DNA of 62,040 nt, filler included, from Platydemus manokwari (taxonomy: Eukaryota): assembly GCA_037951405.1 (NCBI GenBank). It is 4 parts of 4 records of this genome, joined end to end, with 100 filler letters (N's around TTAATTAATTAA, not from the genome) between each part and the next. Parts side by side here need not be neighbours in the genome. Positions count along the whole stretch, not along the records: positions 1 to 18,045 come from JBBMOY010588882.1; positions 18,146 to 39,553 come from JBBMOY011344759.1; 2 more parts are not named here. One strand, 5' to 3'. Below the pieces are notes generated by a model. That model was not told the DNA's origin. It was given only the letters and a program-made list of their open reading frames with translations, and made no database searches. A program made the position numbers and the translations under genes. Every line of letters starts with the position of its first letter. Position 1 is the first letter of the stretch. Positions 13,590 through 26,259 of this stretch are shown here, one piece after another.

Positions 13590-14100
13590 TGAAAAATGTT
13601 TGACAAACATTCTCGGTAATATCACTAATCGACTCTAGTGATTGTCCCGAGTTACTGAACTGAATCCAATTCCATTAAACAGTAAAAAAATCCGTCAATT
13701 GATTCTTTTGAGATATGAAGATAAAAGACAAAACGAGAAATATCGGTATTTGAAAATCTTAACGAAAACCCAAAACGACTAAGCCCGAAATTATAAGTTC
13801 TTGATTGCAAAATTGGTGCAATGAATTGGATATAATATGATTTGCTTTCATCAATCCATACATACAATAACAAACTGGTAAAACGATTCGCATATGAGGA
13901 TGACAATTTTACAACGTAGCACTCCAAAAATCCATATTTTATGATTATCAAAGCAAACAAACGTTATAATGGATTCGACATTCAGTCAAATAAACGACCT
14001 CAGTACGCATTGTATCCGATTGATGTAGCAATTTTTTCCTTTACACAACGATTGGAAAAGACAGAATCGTTAATTGTAATTGATCTTCAAAAAGTGTTTC
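13590..14100 (+). mobile_element. MULE (Mutator-like) transposase remnant
   Basis: LSPKL*VLDCKIGAMN resembles the MULE PxxIxxDFExAxxNA block. Heavily decayed. Confidence 0.4.
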
Positions 14101-14402
14101 AAAACAAAAAATAAAATGCTGGAGCAGACAATTCTGTGGTGATATTTATAGAAATTTCGTTGTCTCGATTGTGAAACAGCGATATTTAATAAATACGTAT
14201 TTTACAACGTATTATTCGATCGAATTAAAATAAAGTGCTAATCGATAATACATTTATTAAGACTCGATTATTACAAAAAACAACGATTAACAATCCTACC
14301 CATTAATCTACTTAGTAAAACAAAAGCTACCTACAGTCGAAAGTAAACACATATATTTCTAAATATAACGAATATTTTATACATAAATAATAAAAAATTA
14401 TA

Positions 14403-14694
14403 CAGGGTGGCAGCGATTTATTTTTACAAAGAATAACTTTAACAGAGTTTCAAAATTGTCGAAGTGACATAAACTCCATTGATGATTTGAAATCGAGCTT
14501 GGGAAGAACCCTTCAAGGTACGCTACACGAGTTTGGATTTCTAGGTTAAGACGCTGCTCTGAAGTGCACTGACAACATTTTGAACACCTAGGAGTGTAAT
14601 TTAACATATGACTTTAAAAAACTTTGGATAAGTTTTTATCTGTTAAAATAAGTAGCAATGTGACAAATTTTCCAGGTTTCTAGCGGCTACTCTG
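14403..14694. mobile_element. Tc1/mariner-type MITE
   Basis: TA|CAGGGTGGCAGC ... GCGGCTACTCTG|TA gives imperfect TIRs with a TA duplication. Confidence 0.65.
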
Positions 14695-14912
14695 TATTAT
14701 GTTATGTATCAGTTTTTTTAATGTCGCATAAATCTGTTGCCATTTAATAAATTAAAATCGAAATTTAATTTTCAAAATATTGTATGTGATCATTTTAAAA
14801 TCAATATTTAAATGATAATTTGAAATAGAAAATATATTGATATTAAAAAAATACAAATTATCGATTTAACTTGTTCGAATATTTTGATAAAATCTACTCT
14901 GATGTTTTAAAA

Positions 14913-15140
14913 CAGGGGTAGCCAGCCAAGCTTACTATGAAACACACGAACATTCTGACAAAATTAAGTGATACACATATTTATGATAAACGCGGTATTT
15001 TTAATGATGTTTCATCGCGTTTTTAGATATGTTCCAGAGAGGCTAATTTGGGTTTTTTGTAAACCTATCATAGTTTTGGCCCTCCAAATTTTAAAAAATC
15101 AGCAATGTGGCCATTTGCTGAAAAAGTTCGGAAACCCCTG
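14913..15140. mobile_element. hAT-type MITE
   Basis: Termini CAGGGGT...ACCCCTG; the 8-bp flanks TTTTAAAA and GTTTAAAA match at 7/8. Confidence 0.7.
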
Positions 15141-16714
15141 GTTTAAAATGCTGAGAAATGATAGCAACTAACATTTTGAATTACTGAACAGCCAAATTAA
15201 TTGGAATTGTGATATTCGGTGCGGTATCAAAAGCAGCGTTTATTCACTGTTCATCACATATTACAAATGGTGTTTAAAGCAACATTTTTAACAATACACC
15301 AATACATCACTCAAATACCATTAAAGCGAAATGGTCGAAAGAAACAGTGAGAAATATGAAGTAAAAAAAGTATTGATTCTTACTCATGAATATATTTAAT
15401 TAGAACTGACCAGCGCTGTTGAGGAATTTAATTCGAGATAAAATGTTAACACAATCATTTTCATTGAATTGTATTTGAGAAATGATACTTTATTATCCCG
15501 ACACTACAAACATAAACCCAATCGATAATAAATAAACGGAATATTTATTAATATGATATTTCATATGATACGTGATATAACGATGATGAAAAATAACATA
15601 GACTTCTAAAGGTTTGAATACTGAGAAGCAAGTTCTTTCTTCAATCATTTATTACAACCTCATGTGATATCTGTCCTTTCGAATATATTCACTGTTTCAG
15701 ATACATATCAGTTTCAGATGCCGTTTCAATTAAAAATATGAATCAAATACAAAAGCATTCTCAGCGATTACTGTCTCTATTTTGCGAGGTAATTTTGTAA
15801 GAGAACAAATAACGAATCAAATTTGAAACAAAATATAATCGTCACAATATCTTGAAGTTAATCAAATCGATGGAATCATTTACACTTGAGTGCAACGAAA
15901 AGATAAAATCCTGAGAATATGTAAAGATTTATTTCTTTCGATTGAGAATATCAAGATTCAGTCTCCTGATAGAAATATCCTGGATATTTATTTTAATCAG
16001 CTATTGATTTTGAAAGGATGGATTGAAAATATATTGAAAAGTCAAAACTCGCGAAAAGTATTTTTAAATTATTTCAAACCAAATTTACATTTATAAAATG
16101 AATTTCCTTCTTTCTTGAAAATTTTTGATTTTCTATTTATTCAGAATAATCACGGCATCGAATCTAGATATTTATCTACATAGAATATCTCTATTTCGTC
16201 TATTCTCTTTAAATATCTTATCCATGTCATATCAATGTCTTCTATATGTCTTTCTCTTCTATAATTCCATACCATAGATTTGCTCAGAATGCATTGTTGT
16301 CATATAAGTCGTTATTAGAACACATTGAAAACAAATTGAAAAATCAAATCATATAAAAGGGCATTTAACAAAATTATTTGAACAAAAATAAAGAATAATT
16401 TATATTTTTATTATAAATTCCGACTACAAGCCTTTTCAATTTTAATGAATTTTAAAATCCTTTCACCTGTTAATTACCTAAAAATAATCCTTCCAGACAT
16501 TGATTACAAGACTGAACGCCGAATATGTTTATCATAAATATAAATATTCAATACATAAGAATTAATCAACTTTTCTTTTACTTCTTATAAGATTTCTTTA
16601 GATTATTCCCCACAAAATCGATTTAATAAAAATGTATTATCGAATTCTCGATTCATAGATAATTTTTATTTTTCTCCCGTTTATCTACTGCTTATTTTAT
16701 AAATACAAATATCG

Positions 16715-17253
16715 TGTTGAGTAGATCATAAACAAGGAAAGAAACTTTAAAAGGGTCGATACACACAGACCTGATAAGCACATGTGCTGTCAGCGAATCA
16801 GATTTGTTCTAATATTTATCCATATTTAGAAGATAAGAATCGACAGGCACATACCTACAGATAGCAACAAGATCAAATATCCACCAATAGCACGGGAGAT
16901 GCGAGTAGGATTGCAATTAGATCAAACTACGGACAGTTGGAAATGGAAAACGAAAATTCGTGACATCAAGCAGATACGCTCGACCGGTGTATACAAGCGT
17001 TTGAGTTCCATGAATAAGTGCGAATTTTTTTATCGGTAATTCGTGTGTTAAGCTTGTATTTGTGTGATTTTTAGTATTCAGTCTTCTTAATTACTTGCTA
17101 TTCTGTTTCTGATTTTCGTGTGCTGATCCCGTCTTGAGTGATTTACCATTGTGAGTTGTAAAAAAATTTACATGTAATTTGATTGAGAATTACGATTGTG
17201 ATATTTCGAGCAATGCAGTTTTCAGATCTAAATTGTTGATTAATATCCCAACC
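16715..17253. mobile_element. Second, diverged solo LTR of the same family as 12610-13167
   Basis: Collinear similarity (e.g. AATCAGATT, CATATTTAGAAGATAAGAAT, GACATCAAGCAGA, AAATTGTTG, ATATCCCAAC). Starts TGTTG; flanks are ATCG and ATAG. Confidence 0.75.
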
Positions 17254-18045
17254 ATAGCTACTATAACTCAAAATTACACGATCAAAATCTATATTAATGC
17301 CTAAATTTGTGGTTCAATTCTTTTTCTTGGAGTCGAAGTTTCTTCCATTCCAATATTCGTGAGTATCTCCGATAACGTTCTATTCATATATGTTTTTAAG
17401 ACATTGACCAGTTGAAAATCGAATCCAAATGTGTCATCACCATTTCAACGACTATGATTTCAGTATATATGAAATTAAAAAAAAATTAAGAAGTTGAATC
17501 ACTTTAATTTAAACAAACTATAAAATGACACTTTTTATCATCGATTGTTTTCACTAGATAAATATTCCATGGCCCCTCGCATTGATATGTTTTGTTACCA
17601 GATATTAATATTGCTTTCACATTATACTACTTTAAAATCCTCTAAAATGTCGATAAAATCACATTTTATCGTATATTTGTTTTAATGAAACAAATCTACC
17701 AGGAGAAAATCCATTAAATGTTGTTTCTCTGAAAATCGATTTGTCGAGAACAGCTTCCTTTCTTTTAAAGGCTTTCCGTCGAAAGTCGTTTGTATAACAT
17801 TTTTTCTAAAAGCTTTTCCTTTACATACCGATATCAATTAAATTGCAAATCGTGATTCAATTAAAACAAAATATTTTCATAAATTAAACATCAAATAAAT
17901 AGACGGGAAAATCATAGTTTTAATTGATGTATTTCAATTTTTAATTTTATTAAAATTTTCTAAATCCTTTCTCATTCCAATTCTTCATCTTCTTTTTTCA
18001 CTCTGATATGATTTTTCGGATATTTTTTGATTGATATTATTGATG

Positions 18046-18144
18046 NNNNNNNNNNNNNNNNNNNNNNNNNNNNNNNNNNNNNNNNNNNNTTAATTAATTA
18101 ANNNNNNNNNNNNNNNNNNNNNNNNNNNNNNNNNNNNNNNNNNN
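18046..18144. other. Artificial contig joint (N-TTAATTAATTAA-N)
   Basis: Six-frame stop linker at 18090-18101 inside an N run. Confidence 0.95.
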
Positions 18145-18342
18145 NTATGCGTGTGTGTGTGTGTGTGGACATATGTGTGAATCTTCTTGTCAAATGAAAT
18201 TTCAGAAATTTTACTCGACAAAACATGAAAATGTTAAAAACTTCTTTATTTAATAATTAGATAATATAATAATTATATTCATTTTTTGATCAGTATGTAA
18301 TACTTGTCTTAATGAATGGCTTAAAATTAAAATAAATCTTAC

Positions 18343-19650
18343 CTTTTTCCAATTAAATAAATTTGGTTTGTAAATTATAGCATAATATCTCAAAGAATAG
18401 ATAGGTTTCTATAAAAACAAAAATAATTTATTACAATGTTTCAAAATTATTAACAAGATTAAGATTTACTATGGAACATAAACATAACTCAAGAAGAGAA
18501 ACAGAATGTCTAATGCCCATATAGCTCTTCTGCAATAAATCCGCTCTTCGGATAAATAGACTAAGACACTACAGCTCGACTGTTGCAAACCACAAAGTTG
18601 AATGTCTTACTAACAACAAAACAGTTGTTTCAGAAGGTACAAAAACCTTCAAGGTTATTTATCTACCAGCTAAAGTAGCCTAAATATGGCAAAATGAAAA
18701 GACTTAATCAAAAATTGCGCTTGCAGCCACTAAGCTTCCAACAAAGCCCAGTGTTAGAAGAATGGTTCTAATTGTTAGCCATAAACAAAAATATTTGATT
18801 TTATTTATAAAGAATTGTTAGATAACCTACCAATATTTATACAATGTAGGAATTATATTTGCAAAGTTGAATTACAGACTCGAAAAAATATGATATATCT
18901 AACTATTTCATACTATTAAGACGTTATTGAATAATGCATACAAAGTACACAACTCAAGCAGAAAAAGAATATTAGTATTTTAGAAAGTAGACATTCTCAT
19001 AAAAATGAAACGAGCAGTGCTATTGTTAGTAAAGACATAAAAATATAGGAAAAATATATAAAGATGAAAGGAAAATGTTTTAACACCTTGAAACTTTTAT
19101 TTTAGCACTTTATGCATTTGTATACCTAAACAACCATACTTAAATAGCAATCAGCCAATTTGAGATTTTTTTAATAGAATATTCCAATTCAAAAAATGAA
19201 CATAACTGCTCAGTATTCCACACATAGGAATTGACCAATCTCCTTCACAAATAAATAAATTCAGTTGGTACTTTGGAAATAAAAAATCAAATCAAATCAT
19301 ACTACACAAATAACAGACAAATCTTATGTATAAATGCTGTTGTAAAGATGCCAAACTGTCATTCGAAAGCTGAATATTATATTGGTTTAATAAGTTTTCG
19401 TTTAATTTGAGAGTTAATTCGTGTTCGTACTGATTAGTACTTTTTAGTGAAATATAAAATGTAATTTTCGATTTTTTGACCCACACCAGAGAGAATATCA
19501 CAAAAGCTTTTATTCGACTGCATAGTCTAGCGACGTACCTTTATATTTGGAGAATGGATGTCAGATATGATTTAATAAGAAAAGCAATTCATAAATGCGA
19601 ACAATAAGTTACCATGCCAACAATAAAAAACTGAGCAAAGTCACCGGTTC
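18343..19650 (-). pseudogene. Decayed multi-exon SLC22/MFS-like transporter gene
   Basis: Exon-like blocks bounded by AG/GT read, in SLC22 order, GTGDFAQFFIVGMVTYCSHL, LFICEGDWSIPMCGILSS, IRTILLTLGFVGSLVAASAIF and LFIRRADLLQKSYMGIRHSVSLLELC. Several in-frame stops. Family assignment is by eye. Confidence 0.4.
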
Positions 19651-22611
19651 CTAAGGTAATTTTGGTGAACAAAACGAATAAATTAATGAAACACATAAAA
19701 ATAAATGAAGATAAAGAAGAAATATCCGTTGATGAAGTTTAAGACTGGCACAAGTTGCACTAAAGGGATGAAAACAAGAATATTACATTCTAAAAACAAA
19801 GAAGAATATTAAGAATAAGACAATTAAAGCTGGGAATAAGGGTTCCTTTCAAACCGCAACAACGACTCAATCTCTGTTAATATTGAATAGTTTTATTATT
19901 TTGAAATAAACAATCTTGTACTAGTAATCCAAAAAGCATTCGATAATTAATGTTTTGTTTTTTTTCATAGAAAATACTTGTTAATTGAGCAAGACGTTTA
20001 GAAAAAATCTAATACAATGTAAGGATCTTTACAAGAACTTAGCACTTATAGCTTGGTATCAAATTGAATGATATAATAAAGCACATTCATACACTTTAAA
20101 TAAGTACAATTCCGATCTTTAATGTTAAAATATTTTTTTCATAATATTATATCAAAAAGCAAAATTTTTATTTCAATTTGATTTTCATTCTTTGCTGTTG
20201 AATTAGCAATGGATTTTTACTCAAATCAACCATTTTAAAACCACTTTCTTTTTGGAAACAATTCTATCTGTTCGAATTACAATGCCTCCTAAATTGAAAT
20301 TGAGTATTTTAAAATGTTAAATAAGTAATTCACTTTGAAATCATGATACCCAGGTACCTAACCTACATAAAAACCTTCTTTGTACAGATAGTATAAGCCC
20401 ACATATTATTGTCAAATGTCAAATCTTAATCAATCATAAATTTTTTTTGATAGAAATAAAATCAGCGCAAAAATAAAATACCATTGCTCATTTTTCTAAC
20501 TTTTCCGATTGTTTACAACAATTTGTTGATCATTTTCAAATTAAACATTTTATTATTTGGTAAATTCAACCCATTTTCAATGATGAAAGTTAAATTTTAT
20601 TTCGACATGTAATGCGATATTATTTAAATACCAGATTTTTTAAACCATTACATTATCATTGCTTTAAAATTTAATGCAACTGCGATTTGTATTCTGTTTT
20701 ATTGAATAATATTATTCGGTTTTTGCTGGAAGTTACTATGTGGTGTGTAAATTTTGTCATATTACATTTTCCATATTACATTTTAGAGAAAAAAATGGAA
20801 TAAAACAATAATGTTGTTGTTTAAACGGTTAATAACCATCACGAGATTTCCAATGATCAAATATTACGATCGTTTGAAAGGTTTAAACTTATTATTCATA
20901 ATTATTTGTTGATTTAAATTCGTAGAGGTTGTATTGCTGTAATACCAAGTAATCGATTACGTAATTTTTTAAAGCAAACAATTGTGCAAAATTGTAACTG
21001 GAACATCAAAATAATGTCTAAAATTATTTTTCGGGATTTCTTAAAGAATGATAAAATGTTTATAAAATCTATAATTATTCATTTGAGATTTGAAGATATA
21101 AAATCTATCGGGGTTCATTAACAGTGACATAAATTATGAGAAAGTTAATCATGCATAAATTATAAAAAAAATCACTTCATCTCCAAACTAATTGTTTTGT
21201 TCATAACAAAATTTTGTTTCTCAGAAGAACTTGAGTTTATAAAATTAGATAAATAATCTTAATTGTTATATGATGTATTATTGTAGCGCATTTCTATTTA
21301 TATTTGACTTGAATTAAACATCCTAAGTAAAGGACAGTGAAATTTCAGAAAGTAATCTAAAATTTAACGAATCTATTTGTTCGTAAAATATGGATGGATT
21401 GAATTTAATACAATTTGGATTTCTAATATTTCCTTCGTGGAATCATTGATTTCTCAAATTTATGAGAAATTTAATTACACTATTTCATAGATAACTTTAA
21501 TATTATTTTGATATACTGACTAAATTTCCAGCCCCCCAAAAAACTACTATTATTAATATTATATCGATTAAAGCAAAGTTTGGAAAAAGATATCACAAAT
21601 GATTGGCTAACTATTGTATAGCAGATAAGTGAAGATCTTAAAGTCTAATAAGATGAAAGAGGCAACAAGGCAACCATACAGTTTTTTATAATCTTTGATT
21701 GGTTTATAAAATATATCGGATGATCACCGGAAAATTGTGAATGATTTTCATCAATTTCATTTGATTGTTCTGTCTTTTAGAAATCTCCTCTTATGAAAAT
21801 TACATTTTACGTATTTTTGCTTTAAAATTTATTATGATATAACTATTGTTAATTGTATTTATATTAATTATCAATAATATATCTGATTTATCTTAAATTA
21901 TTATAAAGTTATTGAAAACAACTTTCTATTTGTATTTTATGTTCAACATTTTTCAATACTCAAAACCGGTAATTGTAGTGTTCAAATCCACAAAGCAGTC
22001 AACATAATTGGATAAGGTGATTGTGTAATTATTCTTATAATTTTTATGTTTTGCGCCATTTTTTACTGTTCATTTCTTGTTATTGTTTGTTCTAAAAGTT
22101 AAATATTTCCGTCATATCCATTTTTTAAACAAAATAATCCACTTATATATGTATGTGTATGTGTGTGTAAGTCAGTTCATAAAATCGTGAATCACTGACA
22201 TTTGAGATAATGACACCCATCTCATCATACGGAGTTATTTTAAAAGGTCTTTATCTTGCCAATAATTGCCAAACTTATGTATGAGTGTCAGAAGTCTTGA
22301 AATTTAAGATGAGCAGTAAATTTCAAATGTGATTTTCAAGAGCACATACATTTAGGTACTAATATTTTCGTTGCACATTTTAACCGTTTGTGTTACGTTT
22401 TACGTTTCTGGGTATGAAAATGGTCCAATGTCAAGAATATTTTTGTTTGTTTGTTTAATATTATCATATAATCAAGAAATAATGGAATAAAAATGGTGCT
22501 AAAAAAGAATATTGAAACATTAACTTGAAAATCGAGGAAACGTGTGTGATTATACAATCAAGTTATTTTATACTTATTTCAAATATCTTGAAAAGTAGTT
22601 AACAATTTGTA

Positions 22612-22740
22612 TATTACTATTATTATTATTTTATTACTATTATTATTCTTATTATTATTTATATTATTATTGTTACCATTGTTATTGATATTGTTATTAT
22701 TATTATTAATATAATTATTCTTGTTATTATTTTTATTATA
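22612..22740. repeat. (TAT)n degenerate microsatellite
   Basis: Direct reading. Confidence 0.85.
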
Positions 22741-25700
22741 ATACAAGAATTATCAAAAGAAGAAAAAATTGCATTTTCATCATGCCACATGTATATCATT
22801 AACAATGTATTATTGCATCTGCTTAACAATTTTTCACAAATCTTTACATTGTAACGATTGTTTTATTTTTGATATCGAATTTTGATTAATAATTGATGGG
22901 GTTTGATTAGATTTACTAATGCTTCAAGCTGTTGAGTTATTGGAATTATTGCTCATAGTTTCCCGAAGGTTTTCGTTCATTATTGACATAATATATGACG
23001 ATATTCAATAAAAGACAACAATGATGTTTAATTCCTTTGTTAAATTAAGGTTTCCTATAATCGATCGTAGATTAATATTTCCATTACCAATTCCGAACTG
23101 TTGTCAATGTATTATATCGAGAAATTGTTTCTGATGATTTTGATTATTTGCAACGAATGACAAAATCTGCAATAACAATAAATGAGGGGGACTCAATCCC
23201 TTTCCGTACAGTTATAAAATATGATACCGTGTCAAAAATTATTTGACATTCCTGGTTTCAGTATGTGAATTCAAAGAATTTATTAATATTCACGCATACA
23301 CACAAACACACGCGCACACACATATAATGCCATTAATGAGTTTAAATCCAATTTTCCGTTTTATTTTAAACAGAGATATCTATTTTCTATTAAAGTCTTA
23401 TGCAAATAAATTAGAAAATTATCTGTTCTTGAAATTTAATCTTTTGCTATTATTAAAATTGAAGTCGAAAAGAAAATGTTTTTTTTTATCGAAAAACATT
23501 CGTTTGATTTCTTCAGTATTTGATCGTCATTAAAATTGTTATTTTTTCAATTACTTATTTTCATTAAATTGTTGTTTCGTGTTCATTATGTTCGTTAATT
23601 GGTGAATTATCAGTAATGCAGTGGGTGATACGGTGCCGATAAATGACTGGTCTGATGGATGAACATTTCTTCTATTTGTATTTGGGCTATAATTTGGATA
23701 TTTTATAATTGTTAAATGATTTCGTTGCTATTTTCAGAGATCACCAAGACAGCGTTTAATATATTAAAACACGTCAATTAATGAACGATATTTATATATT
23801 TATTTATATTCATTTTGATTAAAAACCATGTTATGCGCTGCATGGGTGAAACTGAATGTAATCGAGAATCTTTACTAATCTGCTGCTGCTTCTTGGGGGA
23901 GATAGTCGCGTATAAATATTTGTAGTGTACTGGGTTTGGGTTTTAACCTGTAAAAGATTTCTATTCTTATAAATATCAATCGCAGCAAGCATGCGTAACA
24001 AAACTGAAAGGTTTCATCAGTACTGATGACAATTTTATTCGTCGATCGCGTGTTGAATATAAATATATCGTCGAGAGTTTTCCTATAATTTTTCTCTGTA
24101 ATAAAATAAATATGCTATATGCTATATGTCTACTACTGAAATATCTACTAACCTGAGGAACATTTCAGTTTTCTTTTCGCCAAATATTTGTACAAAATAA
24201 TTCGTGGCAAAGAATATTTATTCTCATCCCAGATGAAAATTAAATTTTTTCTTTTGTTACATTCAGATGTATTTATCAAATCATTTTAATCAATGTACAA
24301 TGTTTTTTATTTCCCGTTGAATCCAATTACATTTTTGAGATATCTTTTTCAATGAATCCAGTACTATCGTTTATATTGGCAATGATATTTCAGTGACATA
24401 GCAATCCATTAGAAATTGATATACTTCAATCGTAGATGTGTCTCGTTGTAGACATGGTTAGACCAGATAAAATACATTTTTGATAAATCGATGAGACCAC
24501 TGATCAAGTATCATATTTGTATATTAAATTGTTTATTCCAATTATATAGGCTTTTTCAATTTTTTTTCATAATATTATTTGATACATTGGTATGGGGTTT
24601 TAGAGGAAAATATTGTGGAGACAATTATTTGTGAGGAAAAGATTATAAAATGCCGGAATAACTCTACGAAATTCAATACGCGCCAATCAATATTGTTCAT
24701 ATCGCTGGTTTATAGCGATGGAAATCACGACGTGTTAACATTTTGTCGATTAGTTTGATGAATATGTTTCCTTGATAATAATGATGAATTCAATGAAATA
24801 ACAATGAAAATTCAATAAAATTTGCAGGGTCTTATTAAGTAATGAGATGTTAGTCCATTCTGTTATCGAAATGGAATAAAGTGAAATATGCTTGGTTATG
24901 TTTTGTAAAAGAAAATGATGGATTGAATTGCTGATGTTGAGTTTCATTTCAATTTAATTAAAATCGAAGGAGTTATTATTATTTATTTATCAAAGCTAGA
25001 AAGACTGTATATTAGATATCTTGTTTTCCAATAACCTAATGAGAATCAACTCTCTGTATCATAGGTTTTTGATTTAACTGATTTATTATTCTTGCTTTTC
25101 TTCAAGATGACCATTAGATCCGATCTACTCTAAATACGCCACATAATGGGTTTTTCTTTACAAGTAATTTTGAGCTTCTACTCATCGAAGTTATTTCATA
25201 AGGTATATGGAGCTTTATCACAATTTTAGCCGAGATTATTCCAGATATATTTGAAATATTCATACAACTTTCTCACGATGAGCTTCGCAAGTCGGCGACT
25301 TTCCGCTAGAAAGAGTACACTCTATAGTTTGTAAATTAAATTAATATCGAAACCTTGAGAGATCGATTGTCAATGAATATGCGGAAAACTAATTATCAAC
25401 ATTCATTCTAGAGATATCAGATAAAAATATTGAATTTTCGAAGTTTTCTTTATTTTTTCTACTCTTTTACTGAATGGTTTCTTTTCTGTCCTAAACATAT
25501 AAAATGGATTTATTTTTGTAGCTTTAATTTTGTTTACAAAATCGCTATATTATCTTCATAAATCGGATTCATTGTAGACCTTTTATTAAGCACGATTGCA
25601 TTGATTATATATAATCTCAAACAATTACTAAATATCGAAGAGTAATTATAATCATTTATCTTTCTCAAATACTACCAAAGATAATCAATCCCAAAACATG

Positions 25701-26259
25701 TCCAGGAATCTTTTCTTCATTATATTAACTTCTGGAGTGATATAATATATTTTTAAATTTTTTTTTCAGTTATTATCGATTTTTTGTTCTTTACTATAAT
25801 ACGACATTTTCATCTATTGTATTTTTATTTTTATCATTTGATGTCTTTATATTTTAATATTTAATATATTATTCAATGATATGGGCTTTTGCGAAATTGA
25901 ATCGTCGGTCAACAAAAGGTTTTCAACTAATTTTTTTATTGATTTAAGTTTGTACTAATATTTTTAATAATACGTTACTTTTCAAATGTGCTTTACACGA
26001 GATTACTACAAACGTTCTGTTATATAATATGATTATATCACAAATAGTTTTGATAAGATAGGAATTAATAGAATTTTTCAGATATTATATTCATTAATAT
26101 GATAATATGAATTTTTGTGTTTCGGATTATATATATATATGAGAACCACGAACTATCTTTAAATATACTTGTAGCAAGGTTAAGAATGATGTAAATATAT
26201 GTATTTACCATCGACTACATCACTACAAATCATTAAACAATATATAAATATAATTTTAG

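Noticed and set aside
17300-17830. Exon-like minus-strand blocks (GKAFRKNVIQTTFDGKAFKRKE...) as upstream ORP exons
   Set aside because: No ORP motif such as KPFNP/LGET, and no consistent spliced frame could be built.
23243-23533. ORF containing FLLKSYANKLE, vaguely like the PACS furin-binding region
   Set aside because: Flanking PACS motifs (LQYPH, QRRKRYK) are absent and the ORF includes a CA microsatellite.
24012-24030. Palindrome TCATCAGTACTGATGA containing CTGATGA
   Set aside because: No stem II or GAAA follows; an isolated short palindrome.
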